The position numbers were made by a program, and so were the translations under genes. Of a stretch of 41,702 bases of DNA, positions 1 to 12,639 are shown piece after piece; the stretch's first letter is position 1; each line of letters begins with the position of its first letter. The notes under the pieces are model-generated. The model ran no database searches. It was given only the letters and a program-made list of their open reading frames with translations, and was not told the DNA's origin. The DNA comes from Chiloscyllium plagiosum (taxonomy: Eukaryota), in contig NC_057753.1 of the NCBI RefSeq assembly GCF_004010195.1, forward strand, positions 8,867,484 to 8,909,185. Direction: 5' to 3'.

Positions 1-84
1 GAGCGGACGTTCTCATCTTTCTGCAACTTGCGGAAGCATCAGCGGGCGTACCAGTGCTCCCAACAATCTGATTCTCTTGGTTAA
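1..84 (+). CDS. 3' end of a C2H2 zinc-finger gene (truncated by the window edge; functional status unknown)
   Basis: Frame 1 reads ERTFSSFCNLRKHQRAYQCSQQSDSLG*. This matches the last finger and tail of the copy ending at 26621 ([27 protein letters not shown]) and the copy ending at 40960. Confidence 0.8.
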   Translation, partial: ERTFSSFCNLRKHQRAYQCSQQSDSLG

Positions 85-994
85 ACTGCTGTGGGTCTTC
101 CCAGGACTCAGCCCTGTGTATTCTGACAGTATGTGTGTACAGTGGGAGATTCAGTGGACTTTTTTGTTTTATGCCCTTGGCCCGCCCTGCCCCGCCACCA
201 ACTTTGCTTCCATTGCTGCTTGTTGAGCCCAGGAGCTGTTCTCTCTAGATTCTACTGTCCAGTTAAAGAATTGTTGGCTCTTTCAGGGAATGAGTCCCAG
301 CCTGTAAGAAATAGCTGAATACTTTGGGGTGTCTATTCACATTCAGCAGTGACTTTTAAATTAGATTTACAGATTCATGTCTGTGAAAAACTCATAGTCC
401 AAGGATTGCACAAAGGCTTGGCAATACATTGTTGGAAACTGTTTGTTTGAATTGGTAAGTTTAAAAAAAATTCTTTCTTAATTTGCCGCCTAAGTTTCTG
501 TCTCTGAATGGTGGGGGACTTGATCAAAGGCTTTAAATCATTGCTATTAATTAGATAATCTTCTTTAACTTTGCCCTAGCAAAGTTGCCATATTAATAAT
601 TGTTGGTTTTTGTTTAAATTATAATGTTGTTGTGCAAGATCTGTTCTTCATCAAGTCTGGTTAGGAACAGTTGAGAAATTGAGGGACAGTGCATGTTTTA
701 ATTTCACTGTGTTGTGAATCTGGTGACAGTAACACTCATTTGTATTGGGTTGCTTACACTTAGTTGTAATGTCTTTCACCCCAACTATTCAGTATGGTAC
801 TGAGTTCCACAGTCTCACCACACTCTGAGGTTTTTCATGAAATCCTTAGTACAGAATTGGAAGGGAAAGTGTTGACGAGGGCAGAATATAGGGTGTTAAC
901 TGCAAAAAGCCAGGAAGACATTCGACAAAGTAAAACCATGACAATGTAGGGGCAAATACGGAATTTTGACAGCAACGAAGAGGCCACACGTCAG

Positions 995-1046
995 TCATAG
1001 TCATAGTCATAGAAATGTACAGCATGGAAACAGACCCTTCGGTCCA
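995..1046 (-). mobile_element. Ultra-short CR1-type LINE 3' tail insertion
   Basis: The reverse complement reads GGACCGAAGGGTCTGTTTCCATGCTGTACATTTCTATGACTATGACTATGA, like the LINE tails at about 19550-19592 and 24920-24961. It is absent from the paralogous site near 28235. Confidence 0.75.
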
Positions 1047-1234
1047 AATGGTCGCTATATAAAGAAAAAGTACTCTGCAGATATTGGGTATTGTCATTAG
1101 GCAAGTTTCGAGATGCTGTAGTTGGTTGAATATCATAAGGTAAGATAGATGAAATAACTAAAACCACTAATGTAATTGGATGTCGGTAACCATAAAGCAA
1201 GTGCATACTGCTGATTGATAGAAGTCATTTGCGT

Positions 1235-1510
1235 GCATGTCGGCCATTCAACCCATCGAGTCAACATTGACTGACTGTCCCACCCAGACCCAGTTCGTTA
1301 CCCTATCCCTGTAACCCTGCAACTCCCATGGTCAGTCTACCCTCACCTGCACATCTTTTAGACAGTGTGAGGAGGCCAGAAAACCAAAGGAAACCCACGC
1401 AGACACAAGGGGAGAATGTGCAAACTCCACACAGACAGTCGGCCCTAGGGTGGGATCAAACCCAGGTCACTGATGCCGTGAGGCAACAGTGCTAACCACC
1501 GTGCCACCAC
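1235..1510 (-). mobile_element. tRNA-derived V-SINE (HE1-like)
   Basis: The reverse complement has a tRNA-like head (GGCACGGTGGTTAGCACTGTTGCCTCAC...) and a V-domain (TGTGTGGAGTTTGCACATTCTCCCC...TCTGCGTGGGTTTCCT). Confidence 0.8.
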
Positions 1511-2189
1511 CACATGCTGCTCTCTACAGAAGTGAATTTCAAAGACTCGGGAACACTTGAGAGAAAAACAAAACTCTCCTATCTTAAATGAGAGGCCAGT
1601 CTCTGGCTAGAAATGAGTGGACATTACATTTATATTGTTAAGTTTTCTCCAGATGTCATACAGCTCCATCACACCATCTGTTTCTTCTAAACTCAAACTG
1701 ATACAACCCAGCCTGACATCCCCTTGTCCCTGATTATAAGTTGAGTAAATCAGTGACCCTCGACCTCACTGGCATGACACAGGATGCCCTCAATCCAAGT
1801 TGACCTTCACTCTCTAAACTCTTGACCCCACGCCACCATGTGGTCAGCCACAACTCAGCGCTGAACGAGAGCAGAAGAACTGACCAGACAGCAGGATCGT
1901 GGACATAGCATTCCCAGAGAATATTATTCACGTGAGAATGTTGTTCAGCTCACATTCGGATCATTGCAGCGACTATATCTCCGGTCATTTAAATGTGTTT
2001 GATCCCAATAAAAGTCCAGTTTTGTTGTACATTGTGTGTGTTTTATCTGTGTTTCGTTACATGATTTTCTGTTTCTGTAATTCTCATTAGGATGTGTGGA
2101 TTCAGTACCAGATTATAATCTCAGTTCTGAATTCCCCTTGAGGATTGGTGTAGAATGTACAAAGTGTCAATCAGAATGGAAAAAGCTCT

Positions 2190-2410
2190 CCTGTTTATTT
2201 AACCCACTGCTGTCATTGTCCTGGGACTGTATGAATGGGGAAGTTTAGAGGGCGTTTTACTCTGTATCTAATCCAATGCTGTCTCTGTCTTGGCAGCGTT
2301 TGTTGGGGACAGTGAGGTAGCTTCCCTTTCAATTTAAGAGTAGAGGAAGCTTTATTCTGATTGTAATCCCATGCTGTCCTTTTCCTGGGAGTTTTAGATG
2401 GCATCTGTAA
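2190..2410 (+). repeat. Degenerate ~67 bp minisatellite, about 3 units
   Basis: Recurring unit of the form TCTGTATCTAAxCCxxTGCTGTCxxTGTCCTGGGAxTGTxTGxTGGGGA...AGAGG. Paralog at about 29340-29560. Confidence 0.55.
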
Positions 2411-3009
2411 GTACAATGAATGCAGACTTGACTGTGGGAGTGGAGGGTACTTCTACCTGAGCACACCCATCTTTGAGATTGCTGTGCTGATCAAGACAAT
2501 CTCAGACACTTCATTCACGTTTCCAACCAACCACAGGGTGGTTAAGGGTGGATAAAAATGCTGGCATTGCCAGCGGTGCCCATACCCCATGCATGAATAA
2601 ATACTTTCTGTTTAAATATTACGTTCACGTTCCAAACCCTCTAATGTATGATTCCTTACATGGAAAATTCCTATCTGTTTGGAATATCATTTTAAAACAT
2701 AGGAATGTGTCAACCATGTAGAAATATAACAAGAGCAACAAATGGAGAATTTAACAGGTAATGAGCAGGACCAGAATGCTGAGTCAGTCTGACCTCCATG
2801 GCTGAGAGAGTTCACCCAGATGTTGAAGTTACACCAGTGCCTTTTACTCTTGCAGCTTCCCCACAAATTTGTCCCTGATGTAAGATCATTCAATGACCCG
2901 AAGAACTAACTGCTTTTATCTCCATAGCTGCTGCCAGACTTGCTGAGTAATTCCAGCACTTCTGCTTTATCCCTTTATGGGATTTGAGCTTCCCTACGTC
3001 AGTGTAATG

Positions 3010-3245
3010 AAGAACTGCAATGCTGGAGAGCTGAAACACAAAAATGCACCAATTGCTGGATAAACTCAATAGGACTGGCAGCACATGTGGAGAGAGAAGC
3101 AGAGTTGTTACCCTTTCAAGTGCTGTGACACTTCTTCACAACTGTTCTGGACTCAGGCCAGGATATTGACTTTGTTTCTTTCTCTCTCTCTCACTTTCCA
3201 CCAGTGTTGCCAGACTGGCTGAGTTTCTCCAGCAATTTCAGTTGT
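3010..3245. mobile_element. Palindromic element built from two inverted PLE-terminus-like arms
   Basis: The left arm TTGCTGGATAAACTCAATAGGACTGGCAGCAC is the reverse complement of the right arm GTGTTGCCAGACTGGCTGAGTTTCTCCAGCAA. Confidence 0.6.
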
Positions 3246-3269
3246 GACACTTTCATAAGGTTGATGTTT

Positions 3270-3590
3270 GTTATCCATCCCTAATTGCAAGGTGTGTTGC
3301 TTGTGCCAATTCAGAGGGCAGTTTAAGAGTCAACCACATTGCTGTGGGTCTGGAGTCACATGTAAGCCAGACCAGGTAAGGATGGCAGTTTCCCTCCTGA
3401 AAGGAAATTGGTGAACATGGGTTTTTATGACAATTAATGTCAGTACCATCGATACCATACTGAGACTTACTTTGTGTTCCCCATTTATGAATTGAATTAT
3501 TTACAAATCACCTCACCTCTTGCTGTGGTGGGATTTGAACTCATGTTCCCTGGATTACCCATTTTGTGACATTACGACTACATTGTTGTT
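3270..3590 (-). mobile_element. Interspersed SINE-like repeat (family also at about 4960-5190 +, 6470-7040 -, and their paralogs)
   Basis: The motifs AAGAGTCAACCACATTGxxGTxGGTCTGGAGTCACA and GGGATTTGAA recur across several copies. Confidence 0.55.
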
Positions 3591-4179
3591 TCCCATTCTT
3601 TGTTATTTTGTGTTTTGCTGTTTATGTCTTTGTCCTCTGATGTTTGGGAAATTGAACCTGTTTGAAAGTTTGCCCTAAACCTGCCCCTTTGACCAAGTTT
3701 TTGGTCACCTGTCCTAATCTGTGCTCCGGTCTTGTGATTTTTAAAGGAATTATCATTATGTTCACGTGAAGCACTCTGAGATAGTTTACTATACAGGTGT
3801 TATTTGAATGCAGTTTGTATCCCTATCTTACTCAGGAACTAGGAGAAGACAGAAATGAGGTTGATTTCTTTTCTCACTGAGGGTTGTGTGTCTTCCTCAA
3901 AAGGCAGTGGGTTCAGAATATTTTAGGCAGAGGTAGGTAGGTTCTTGATAACCAAATGGACGGAAGATTGTCGGGGATATGCTTATTGGGAGCAGACACA
4001 TTGTAGCGATTACAGTGTTTCTTGTGTTAATTTTGTTGCTTCTTACTCAATGTTGCTGAGAATCTTCTAAATAAAAACCAAAACACTTCTATTATTATCG
4101 CACCAATGGAAGTGTTGGTTTGGATGTAACATTGTTGAATTAGCCATTCCCATCTTTTCCAGAATTCTGTGTTTAAAGC

Positions 4180-4570
4180 CCTCGAGTCTGGTTTCTATCC
4201 CTGAAACAGTTCTTATCAAGGTCATGTTTGACACCCTTTCTAACGGTGACAGGGATAAACATTCCGTCGTCGACCTGTGGACAGCCTTGATCAGGGTTAA
4301 TGACAGTACTGACCCTCTCCAGCATCACTCTATCCTCTGGGAGGGTCTCCTTTTAGCGTCTTCCGTTCTGATTTGTTTAACCGTAGCTGCTGGTGTTGGC
4401 ATCTATACTGATGATATCCAACTGTGCCTGAACACCACTTCACTCCCGACTCCTCTGTCATTCATAATTTACCAATAATTTCATCTGAATGCCTGCCCAA
4501 TTTCCAGCATTGGATAACCATAAACATTCCCTTTGCTAAATATTGTGAAGGGTGAAGCCATTGTTTTAGT
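4180..4570 (+). mobile_element. Degenerate L2-clade LINE reverse transcriptase fragment
   Basis: Remnants of SGF...ETxLIKV and YTDDIQLCL (YADD-type catalytic motif). Further L2-like pieces at about 3680-3820 and 4895-4950. Paralog at about 31265-31640. Confidence 0.6.
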
Positions 4571-5234
4571 CCCCAAGTTCGACCTGAGCCCCCGCCCCTC
4601 CCCCATCCCAGTAACTCTGTTGACAGCCTTCATGTCACATTAAAACTAGGATCGATAGATTCGTGATCAGTCAGGGGATGAACAGTTACAGGAAAAGGGC
4701 AGTAACGTGGACGTGGGGAATGTCAGATCAGTCACAATCCTATTGAATGGAGAAGCAGGCTCAAGGGGTTGAATGACATTTTCCTGTTCCTATTTCTTAT
4801 GGTTCCCGAGCCCTTACCTCTGATACAGGACACTGACTTCTGTATGTGCCATTACTGAGAGTGCTGATGTTCCCTTGTGTAATATCAACAACTTAGCAGC
4901 TGCTGAAACCTCTTGGTCCTTTGTTACCTCTAAACATAATATGCCAATGTGTTCTGTGGAGGCGATGGCAGACTTTATAGTCAGCAGACTATTCACCCAG
5001 GTAATGTTCTGGGGACCTGGGTTCAGATGGTGGAATCTGAATTCAATATAAATCTGGAATTAAGATTCTAATGATGAAACCGTTGTGGTTTGTTGTAAAG
5101 ACGTATCTGGTTTCCTGCTGTCCGAATCTGATCTGATCTACATGTGATTTCAGATCCACTGCCAGCTGGTTGAATCTTCACTGCCCTTTCAGCCAATTCT
5201 TAAAGCTCACCTTTTTTAACTATAATGTTGCCAG

Positions 5235-6320
5235 AATGATTTATAGACGGCATAGGCTGGGACGTTTTTTCACTGGAATGTAGAAGGTTGCGAGTGAAGG
5301 TGATGGAGGTTTATGAAGTCATGAGGGACAAACGTAAGGTGAATAACGTTTTTTTTTTCCGAAGGATAGGGGAGTTCAAAATTTGGGAGTATATTTTTAA
5401 GATGAGAGGGAGAAGATTTAAAAAGGACGGAGGTGAGGGGCACCTTTTTTTCATATTGAAGGTGGTTCGTGTGTAGAATGAACTGTCAGAGGAAGTGGTG
5501 GATGCAGGTAATGTTACAATGTTTAAAATTATTTGGATAAGTACATATGAGCCAAACACAGGCAGATGGGTCTAATCTTTCCCCAGATATTCAAGGACAG
5601 CCAGTCAGAGGGGGGCAGCGCCACGCCTATCGTTATTGTGTGGCATGTGTGACAGCTGCAACAAGACGTCCCAACTCCTGTGCTCAATGCTCTGACCAAT
5701 GAAAGCAAGCATGCCAAAAGCCTTCTTCACCACCCGTCTACCCAGGACTCTATTTTCTAGGAGCTAATAACCCGCATATGAAACAGATTTGGTGCTTGTT
5801 GGTAGACGTTAATATTTGGCGCATATCTCTCCTCTAATTTGGTATTTTATACTGAATGCCATCATTGATGAAGTCCAATGTGCCAAATCCTGAACTTCAA
5901 AATCCCTCTGTTCAACTACACTCAAGATCTTACCATTCACCATGTACATCCCACTTTGTTTTGACTATACAAAATGTAAGACCTCATACTTAGCTATATT
6001 AAACTCCATTTACCAATAATTTTAAACTTATGCAATCTAGTTCTGGACTCTCCCACCCCCAGGTAAAAGACCTTTCCTATTTACCCCATCCATGCCCTCA
6101 TGATTTTATAAACATCTATAAAGTCACCCCTCACACTTCAAAACTTCCGGGAAAATTACCCCAGTCGATTCAGCCTCTTCCTGTACCTCAAAACCTCCAA
6201 TCCTGGCAGCATCCTTGTAAATGTTTTCTGAACCCTTTCAAGTTTCACAACCTCCTTCCTGTAGCAGAGAGCCCAGAATTGCATGCAGTATTCCAACAGT
6301 GGTGTAATCAATGTCCTCTC
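5235..6320. mobile_element. Patchwork of CR1 LINE RT/3' fragments in both orientations
   Basis: The plus strand at 5240-5580 gives LGxFSLECRRLR...VVRVxNELSEEVVDAG. Minus-strand pieces at 5655-5760 and 5880-6320 give VVKKAFGMLAFIGQSIEHRSWDVLLQL. Confidence 0.75.
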
Positions 6321-6580
6321 TGAAGAGGACTTTCAAAAATATAACTACAAGCAAATCAGGTTAGTTGGGCATGACTTTCCCATAGCAGTTTGTTTTGGTT
6401 GTCCTTCATCAATCTATGTTTTTGTTTCAGTTATGAGAAAATATTTTGTTGGATGTGATGATTGCGAGCACATCCAACATTTGCTCATTGTACCTCATGG
6501 CCATTCGACAGAGTAATTGTGACTATATGCTAGAAGGCAGTTGAGAGTCAACCACATTGTAGTAGGTCTGGAGTCACAAG

Positions 6581-6641
6581 GTGTGTGTGTGTATGTGTGT
6601 GTGTGTGTGTACGCGCGTGCGCACGTGCATACATGCATACA
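6581..6641. repeat. (GT)n microsatellite extended into a perfect purine-pyrimidine alternation
   Basis: A GT run is followed by ACGCGCGTGCGCACGTGCATACATGCATACA, giving 61 nt of unbroken alternation. Paralog at 33672-33728. Confidence 0.9.
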
Positions 6642-7139
6642 GGGTTCATGAATGGTCGATTTCCTGCCCTAAAAAGGACAGTTTCAGGAGAAACACAACA
6701 GTTCTGGTAGCATCTATGAAGAGACAACAGTGTTTCTGCTTTGAGTCCAGTGGTCCTTCAAAACTTGGCTGGATTCAAAACATTAACTGGTTTCTCTCCA
6801 CAGATGCTGCCAGACCTGCTGCGTTTCCCCAGCAATTTTGCCTTTTGTTGCTGATCTCCAACATCTGCAATTCATTATTTTAGTGAATAACTGTTTCCTG
6901 ATTGCCAGGACTGAGAGAAACTTTCACTTCCAGATCTTTTTATTAGTTGAACATAAATTCTACCAGTAGCCATGATGGGATTTGAAATTGTGTTCTCAGA
7001 AAACCGAGATCTCTAGGTTGCACAACCATCACCACTAGATCCCAATCTTCCCTTCAAAGGCAACTTTCTCCTGACTATTGTCCTATATTCATTCATGGGA
7101 TGTCGCAAGTTGTCTCCCGCTGTTGTTCTGGTTAACATC

Positions 7140-7980
7140 AACTTCACTTTCCCGCTATTTCCCCATAATCCTCAATTCCCTTTCTGATTTAAAAACAAAT
7201 CTTAGTTTTGAATGCACTTAACAATCCATCTCAACAGCTGTCCTAAAAATGCAATCCCTTATGTGCAGGTTATTCCCTTTGGTTCTAAACTCACCCAAAA
7301 GGGTAAACTTTCCCACATCTAGCCTGTCACCGCTCCTCAGAATCTTGTTTGTGACAATAAGATAACCTCGAAATATTCTAACTTCTATTAACCACAGGCA
7401 CATCCTATTCATTTCTCCTCATAAGACATTATTTCCATCCCTCATATCATCCTGGTCAACCTTCTCTGGATTGCCTCCAATGCCAGTATATCTTTCCGGA
7501 GCTAAAAGGCCCACAACTGTTCCCAGTGTTCAGTTATGGCCTAATTGGTGTCTTAATTCCCTATTACTCACTGAACTTGGATGAAGTGTTCATGGATGCG
7601 AGCTTGCAAATCATCCTATTCAGCAGCGTTCTTCATTTAACATTCAGCACTTTTCCTCCTGGCAAAGTGCACAATCTCATTTTCCCACATTCTTGTCCAT
7701 CGGCCAAGGTTTTGCTCATTTGCTTAACCTGTCGATATCCCTCTCCATGTCATCTTCACCACCTGCATTCCAATCAACTGTCTCTACTGCAGTCTTGGCA
7801 ATAATACACTCATTTCACATATCCAAGTAATTCATATCCATATTGTAAATAATTTTGGCCCCAGCACTGATCCCTGTGGCACATTGCTAGTTACAATTTG
7901 CGATCCTGAACATGCCCCTTACCCCTACTGCATCATTGGTTAGCCAATCATCTATCCATACGATTAGAGTGTCACCAATA
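7140..7980 (-). mobile_element. CR1 LINE RT fragments
   Basis: The minus strand gives RxRGxLIVTNKILR...DRLDVGKF...GEFRTKGNNL and the VPQGSVLGP motif (7855-7885). Paralog at about 34230-35100. Confidence 0.7.
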
Positions 7981-8865
7981 TCATGTGCATATCTTTGGCT
8001 CTGCAAGCAAGTCTTCCCAAACCGTCCTTGAAAAGGTGATGGTGAGCTGCCTCTTAAATTGATTCACAAATATGATGTGGTCCATAATAAAGGTTCAGGA
8101 GCGAGTTCCAGGATTTTGATCAATAAAATCGAAGCAATGCGGATATGTCACAGTTGGAATGTTGTGTTCACACTTATCTCCTCTTGCTGGTTGAAGTGAT
8201 GGAGTGGAAGTTGCTTTTGAAGAGCTGCCACTCATATAATCAAGCCAGACAGATCGATTGTGGCCAGAGACTATGCCATTTTGACTTCTCATCAATCTAC
8301 ATTCTTTCCATCCAAGTTTTAGTCAGATCAAACTGCCACGCAATGCTGTTATGGCCTCAGTAAACTATAATAACGTGAAGATCGCTGTGATAATTTTCTA
8401 CATCCGACTGAAATATAAACACAGATCATTGTTTCCAGTTTTGGTGGAACAAAAGACATCGTATTGGTGGATGATTACAGTTCGTGCATACACAGCTAGC
8501 CATCGATAAATATTAATCCTGTTCACTTCAATGGTCAAATTTTAATTCAGAAACCAAGTGCACTCGGTTGCTTGTAACATAGATAACATGACAAAATGGC
8601 TCATAGGAGGAGAAATGGGATATTGAGGAAGAGTGAAATGTTTGCTTTTGGTCACCTCCACAATTGTTAGAAAAACAGGTTGAAAGGATTCTTAAAAGGT
8701 GGCTGAAGTAATGATGTGGCATAACACTTCAGACAGCGCAAAGTGGAAGACGACTTTCTAGTGGAAGAAAAAGACATTTCTTATTTCTGAAAGAACTGGG
8801 AAACAGACGAGGGGTTGAAATCTGACTTGGGGGCTATTTCCTATTTGTTGAGGAAGTTGCTTTAT

Positions 8866-9400
8866 CACAGTCTAGGTTTCGAGCATAAGCTCTTCATCAG
8901 AAATAAAGGGTTGCCCAAGTGGGCTGAGAGATAAATGGGAAGGAAGAGGGACTGGAGGGAAGGCAGCTGGGAGTGCAATAGGTAGATGGAGGTAGGGATT
9001 GATGGTGATAGATCAGAGATGAGGGTGGAGCAAATAGGGGAGAAGCAAGGTGGACAGGTATGACAGGTCAAGAGGTTGGTGTCGAATTGGAAGGTTGGAT
9101 CTGGGACAAGGTGGGGGAGAGGAAATGAGGAAACTGATGAAATCTACATTGATCCCTTGTAATTGGAGGGTCCCAAGGCAGAAGATGAGGTGTTTTTCCT
9201 CCAAGCGTCGGGTAGCAAGAGTTTGGCAGTGGAGGAGGCCCAGGACTTGCATGTCCTTGGTGGAATGGGAGGGGGAGTTTAAGTGTCCAGCATACGCGGA
9301 CGGTGGCTTAGTTTCAGTGACGCAGAGCTGTTCGGTGAACGTTCTGCTGGTTGGCGTCCAGTTTCCCGAATTTGGATGAGACCATATTGCGAGCAATGGA
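8866..9400 (-). mobile_element. Penelope-like element 3' end (GIY-YIG C-terminus plus terminal repeat with hammerhead motif)
   Basis: Translates HLNSPSHSTKDMQVLGLLHCQTLATRRLEEKHLIFCLGTLQLQGINVDF, followed by a pyrimidine-rich UTR and CTGATGA-AGAGC-TTAT-GCTC-GAAAC at 8873-8900. Confidence 0.85.
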
Positions 9401-9416
9401 CATAATCTTATAAATA

Positions 9417-9675
9417 GATTGCGTAAATCTTAGCCTGCCGGAGTTATTTTTCTAACTAAATTAAAGGAAAACTTTAATTAAATTGGGTGACTGCATGAAA
9501 CGGTTTGATGGTCAGATTTGAATCATCACTCCCAAATGAGACAATGGATTGCGTAAATCTTAGCCTGCCGGAGTTATTTTTCTAACTAAATTAAAGAAAA
9601 CTTTAATTAAATTGGGTGACTGCATGAAACGGTTTGATGGTCAGATTTGAATCATCACTCCCAAATGAGACAATG
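9417..9675 (+). repeat. Near-perfect tandem duplication of ~130 bp
   Basis: 9417-9546 and 9547-9675 differ by about one indel. There is a single copy at the paralogous site near 36536-36665. Confidence 0.9.
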
Positions 9676-10754
9676 CCATGAATATCAGTGAACTGCTCTT
9701 TTTGTTAAAAACCACAAGTTCTTGATTTCTTTTCACAACTTACTGGTATTTGCACCTGCACATTCAATGTCAAACTCTGACATCAGAAATGAAATTACAG
9801 CTTTAATTTTGACTTACAATATTCGAACAAACAAATTAATGGCACACATTGAATACCAAGTCTGATTAATATGAAATTAAATTTGACCAAAAAATATATA
9901 AAATCAAGATGGGAGATAAGAAATGGGGGAAGGGCATAAGGCAAGAAATGCAGCATCATAGAAGGTGCTCCTCCATGGAGTGTATTTTACCAACTGCCAC
10001 TGCTAAATATAAACACTCTGAGATAATCCTCCGGTTTTAATGTAAACCATCGCCCTTTCCAGTAGGTACCATTTAAATTAATTAATAGATGCAACTCTTG
10101 AGCAAATCCAGCCTCCAGCCTTAGCCCCCGCTTCTTGGAGCTCGGACCTTCCTCCAGCTCCGGGGAATTGCAGCTACTGCCACTCCTCCACTGAAGAAGC
10201 TTTGGGAAGCAGATGTGAAGGCAAGATACAGAACAGAGCACCTTTAAAAATGAAAGCAGCTTACAGAGACATTGAGCAATAGCATCACATGGTTTTGACT
10301 CATCAACCTCTGGGTTATGTGACCTGCACATTCACGCAGAACTACTCTGCTTCTGGGCACCCAGCAGCTGGATTGTGGATCAGTTTAAAGTAGGTCCTAT
10401 ATCTCTGATTACATTGGTACACAAGGCAGTGAAGAAAGGTTTCAGTACACTGGCCTTCATCAATTTGGGAACTGAGTATAGATGTTGGCAAGTTATGTTG
10501 TAGTTATACAGGACGTTGATAAGGTTGCACCTGGAATATTGTGATCAGTTTTAGTCCCCTTGGTGTTCTGACTTCTGACTTCTTCAACTTTGCGTTTGTA
10601 TTGAACTTAATGGGATACTTTGTCCAACTCAGCATGTTTAAACAATATCTCTCAGAGGGATTCATTTGAAACTTTTCAGGAGGTGTGTTCAACAAGATTG
10701 AACTATTCGAAGTTACTTGGACTCTATTTTAAACTTACATCAGGACCAGTAGTC

Positions 10755-11130
10755 AGAGACACGTACACCATGGAAACAAACCCTTCGGTCCAACTTTTCC
10801 ATGCTGACCTGATATCTTAAATTAATCTAGTCCCATTTGACAGCACCGGACCCATATATTCTGGCAGCTCATTTCATATATGTACCACCCACTGCATGAA
10901 GAAGTTGTCCCTTTAATATATTTCGCCTCTTACTCTACATCTATGCCCCCTAGTTCTGGACTCCCACACCCCAAGGAAAGGACCTTGTCTATTACCCTGT
11001 CCATGATTTTGTAACCGCTATTAGATCACTCCTCTGCCTCCGATGCTCCAGTGAAAACTGCTGCATCCTATTCAGCCTCTCCCTGTCGCTCAAACCCTCC
11101 AACCCTCAGCAACATTCCCGTAAATCGTTT
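10755..11130 (-). mobile_element. CR1 LINE 3' end
   Basis: The reverse complement ends GGACCGAAGGGTTTGTTTCCATGGTGTAC and contains FSLEHRRQRSDL-type RT C-terminal residues. Paralog at about 37735-38130. Confidence 0.75.
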
Positions 11131-11249
11131 CTCATGGAGAAGTTAACGTTTCAGTTCTGAAGAAGGGTTAATGCCCAAAACGCTGACTACTCCACATCCT
11201 GGTGCTGCCTGGCTTGCTGTATTCTCCCAACCTCCTGCTTGCGACTTCG

Positions 11250-11566
11250 GGTTGCAATATGTAGTGGCTCAGTGGTTACCACTGCAGCCTCACAGCGCCA
11301 GGGACCCAGGTTTGTTTTCAGCCTTGGGTGGCTGTCTGTGAGGAGTTTGCACTTTCTCCCAATGTCTGCGTGGGTTTTCTCTGGGTGGTTCTGTTTTCTT
11401 CCATAAACCAAAGATGTGCAGGTCATCTGGATGGGCCTTGCTTAATTGCCCATAGAGTTAGGTACATTAATCAAAGGGAAATGGATCTGGAAGGTTTAGT
11501 CTTTGGAGGGTCGGTGTGGTATTGTTGGGACGAAAGGCCTGTTTCCACACTGTAGCTAATCTCATC
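11250..11566 (+). mobile_element. tRNA-derived V-SINE (HE1-like)
   Basis: A-box-like GTGGCTCAGTGG, V-domain GAGTTTGCACTTTCTCCC...TCTGCGTGGGTT, and LINE-like tail CTGTTTCCACACTGTAGCTAATCT. Confidence 0.8.
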
Positions 11567-11849
11567 TGCACTACTTTTGTCACTAACGAATGGCAGAGTA
11601 GACTCAACAGGCCGAATGGCCTAACTTCTGCTCCGATGGTCTTGCGGTCTTAGGTTTCTCTGGATCATTTCATTGGCAATGCGCAGTCCCGGGCTCAATG
11701 AGCAGCAGTGTGCACTGAAAGCAAAACTCATAGGATCGTAGAACTCCTACAATGTGGAAACAGGTCCGTCAGCCCAACACATCTGCACTGATCTTCTGAA
11801 GAGTAACCCACTCAGATCCATTTTCCAACCCTCCATAATGGCAGGAGGT

Positions 11850-12515
<666 letters not shown>

Positions 12516-12635
12516 TCCTTTCAAATTTCGCAATACCTTTCTGATAGGAGGGAGACCAGAATTGCACACAATATTCCCAAAGTGATCTAACCAATGTCCT
12601 GTACAGCCACAACATAACTTCCCAACTCCAATAAT
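12516..12635 (-). mobile_element. CR1 LINE RT fragment
   Basis: Translates SWEVMLWLYRTLVRSLWEYCVQFWSPSYQKGIAKFER. Confidence 0.85.
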
Positions 12636-12639
12636 CAGT

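Larger units (their letters stand above)
84..11250 (+). repeat. Segmental duplication unit, copy A (ZNF 3' flank plus ~11 kb TE-rich spacer)
   Basis: Collinear with about 27180-38244 along its length (e.g. 1741 vs 28910, 8095 vs 35220, 9987 vs 36965). Identity is roughly 90% by eye. Confidence 0.95.

Noticed and set aside
9987..10331. 114-115 aa minus-strand ORF open in both duplicates (also 36965-37312) with an in-frame indel
   Set aside because: There is no recognisable domain and many amino-acid changes. Several other spurious ORFs also survive between such similar copies, so selection is not shown.
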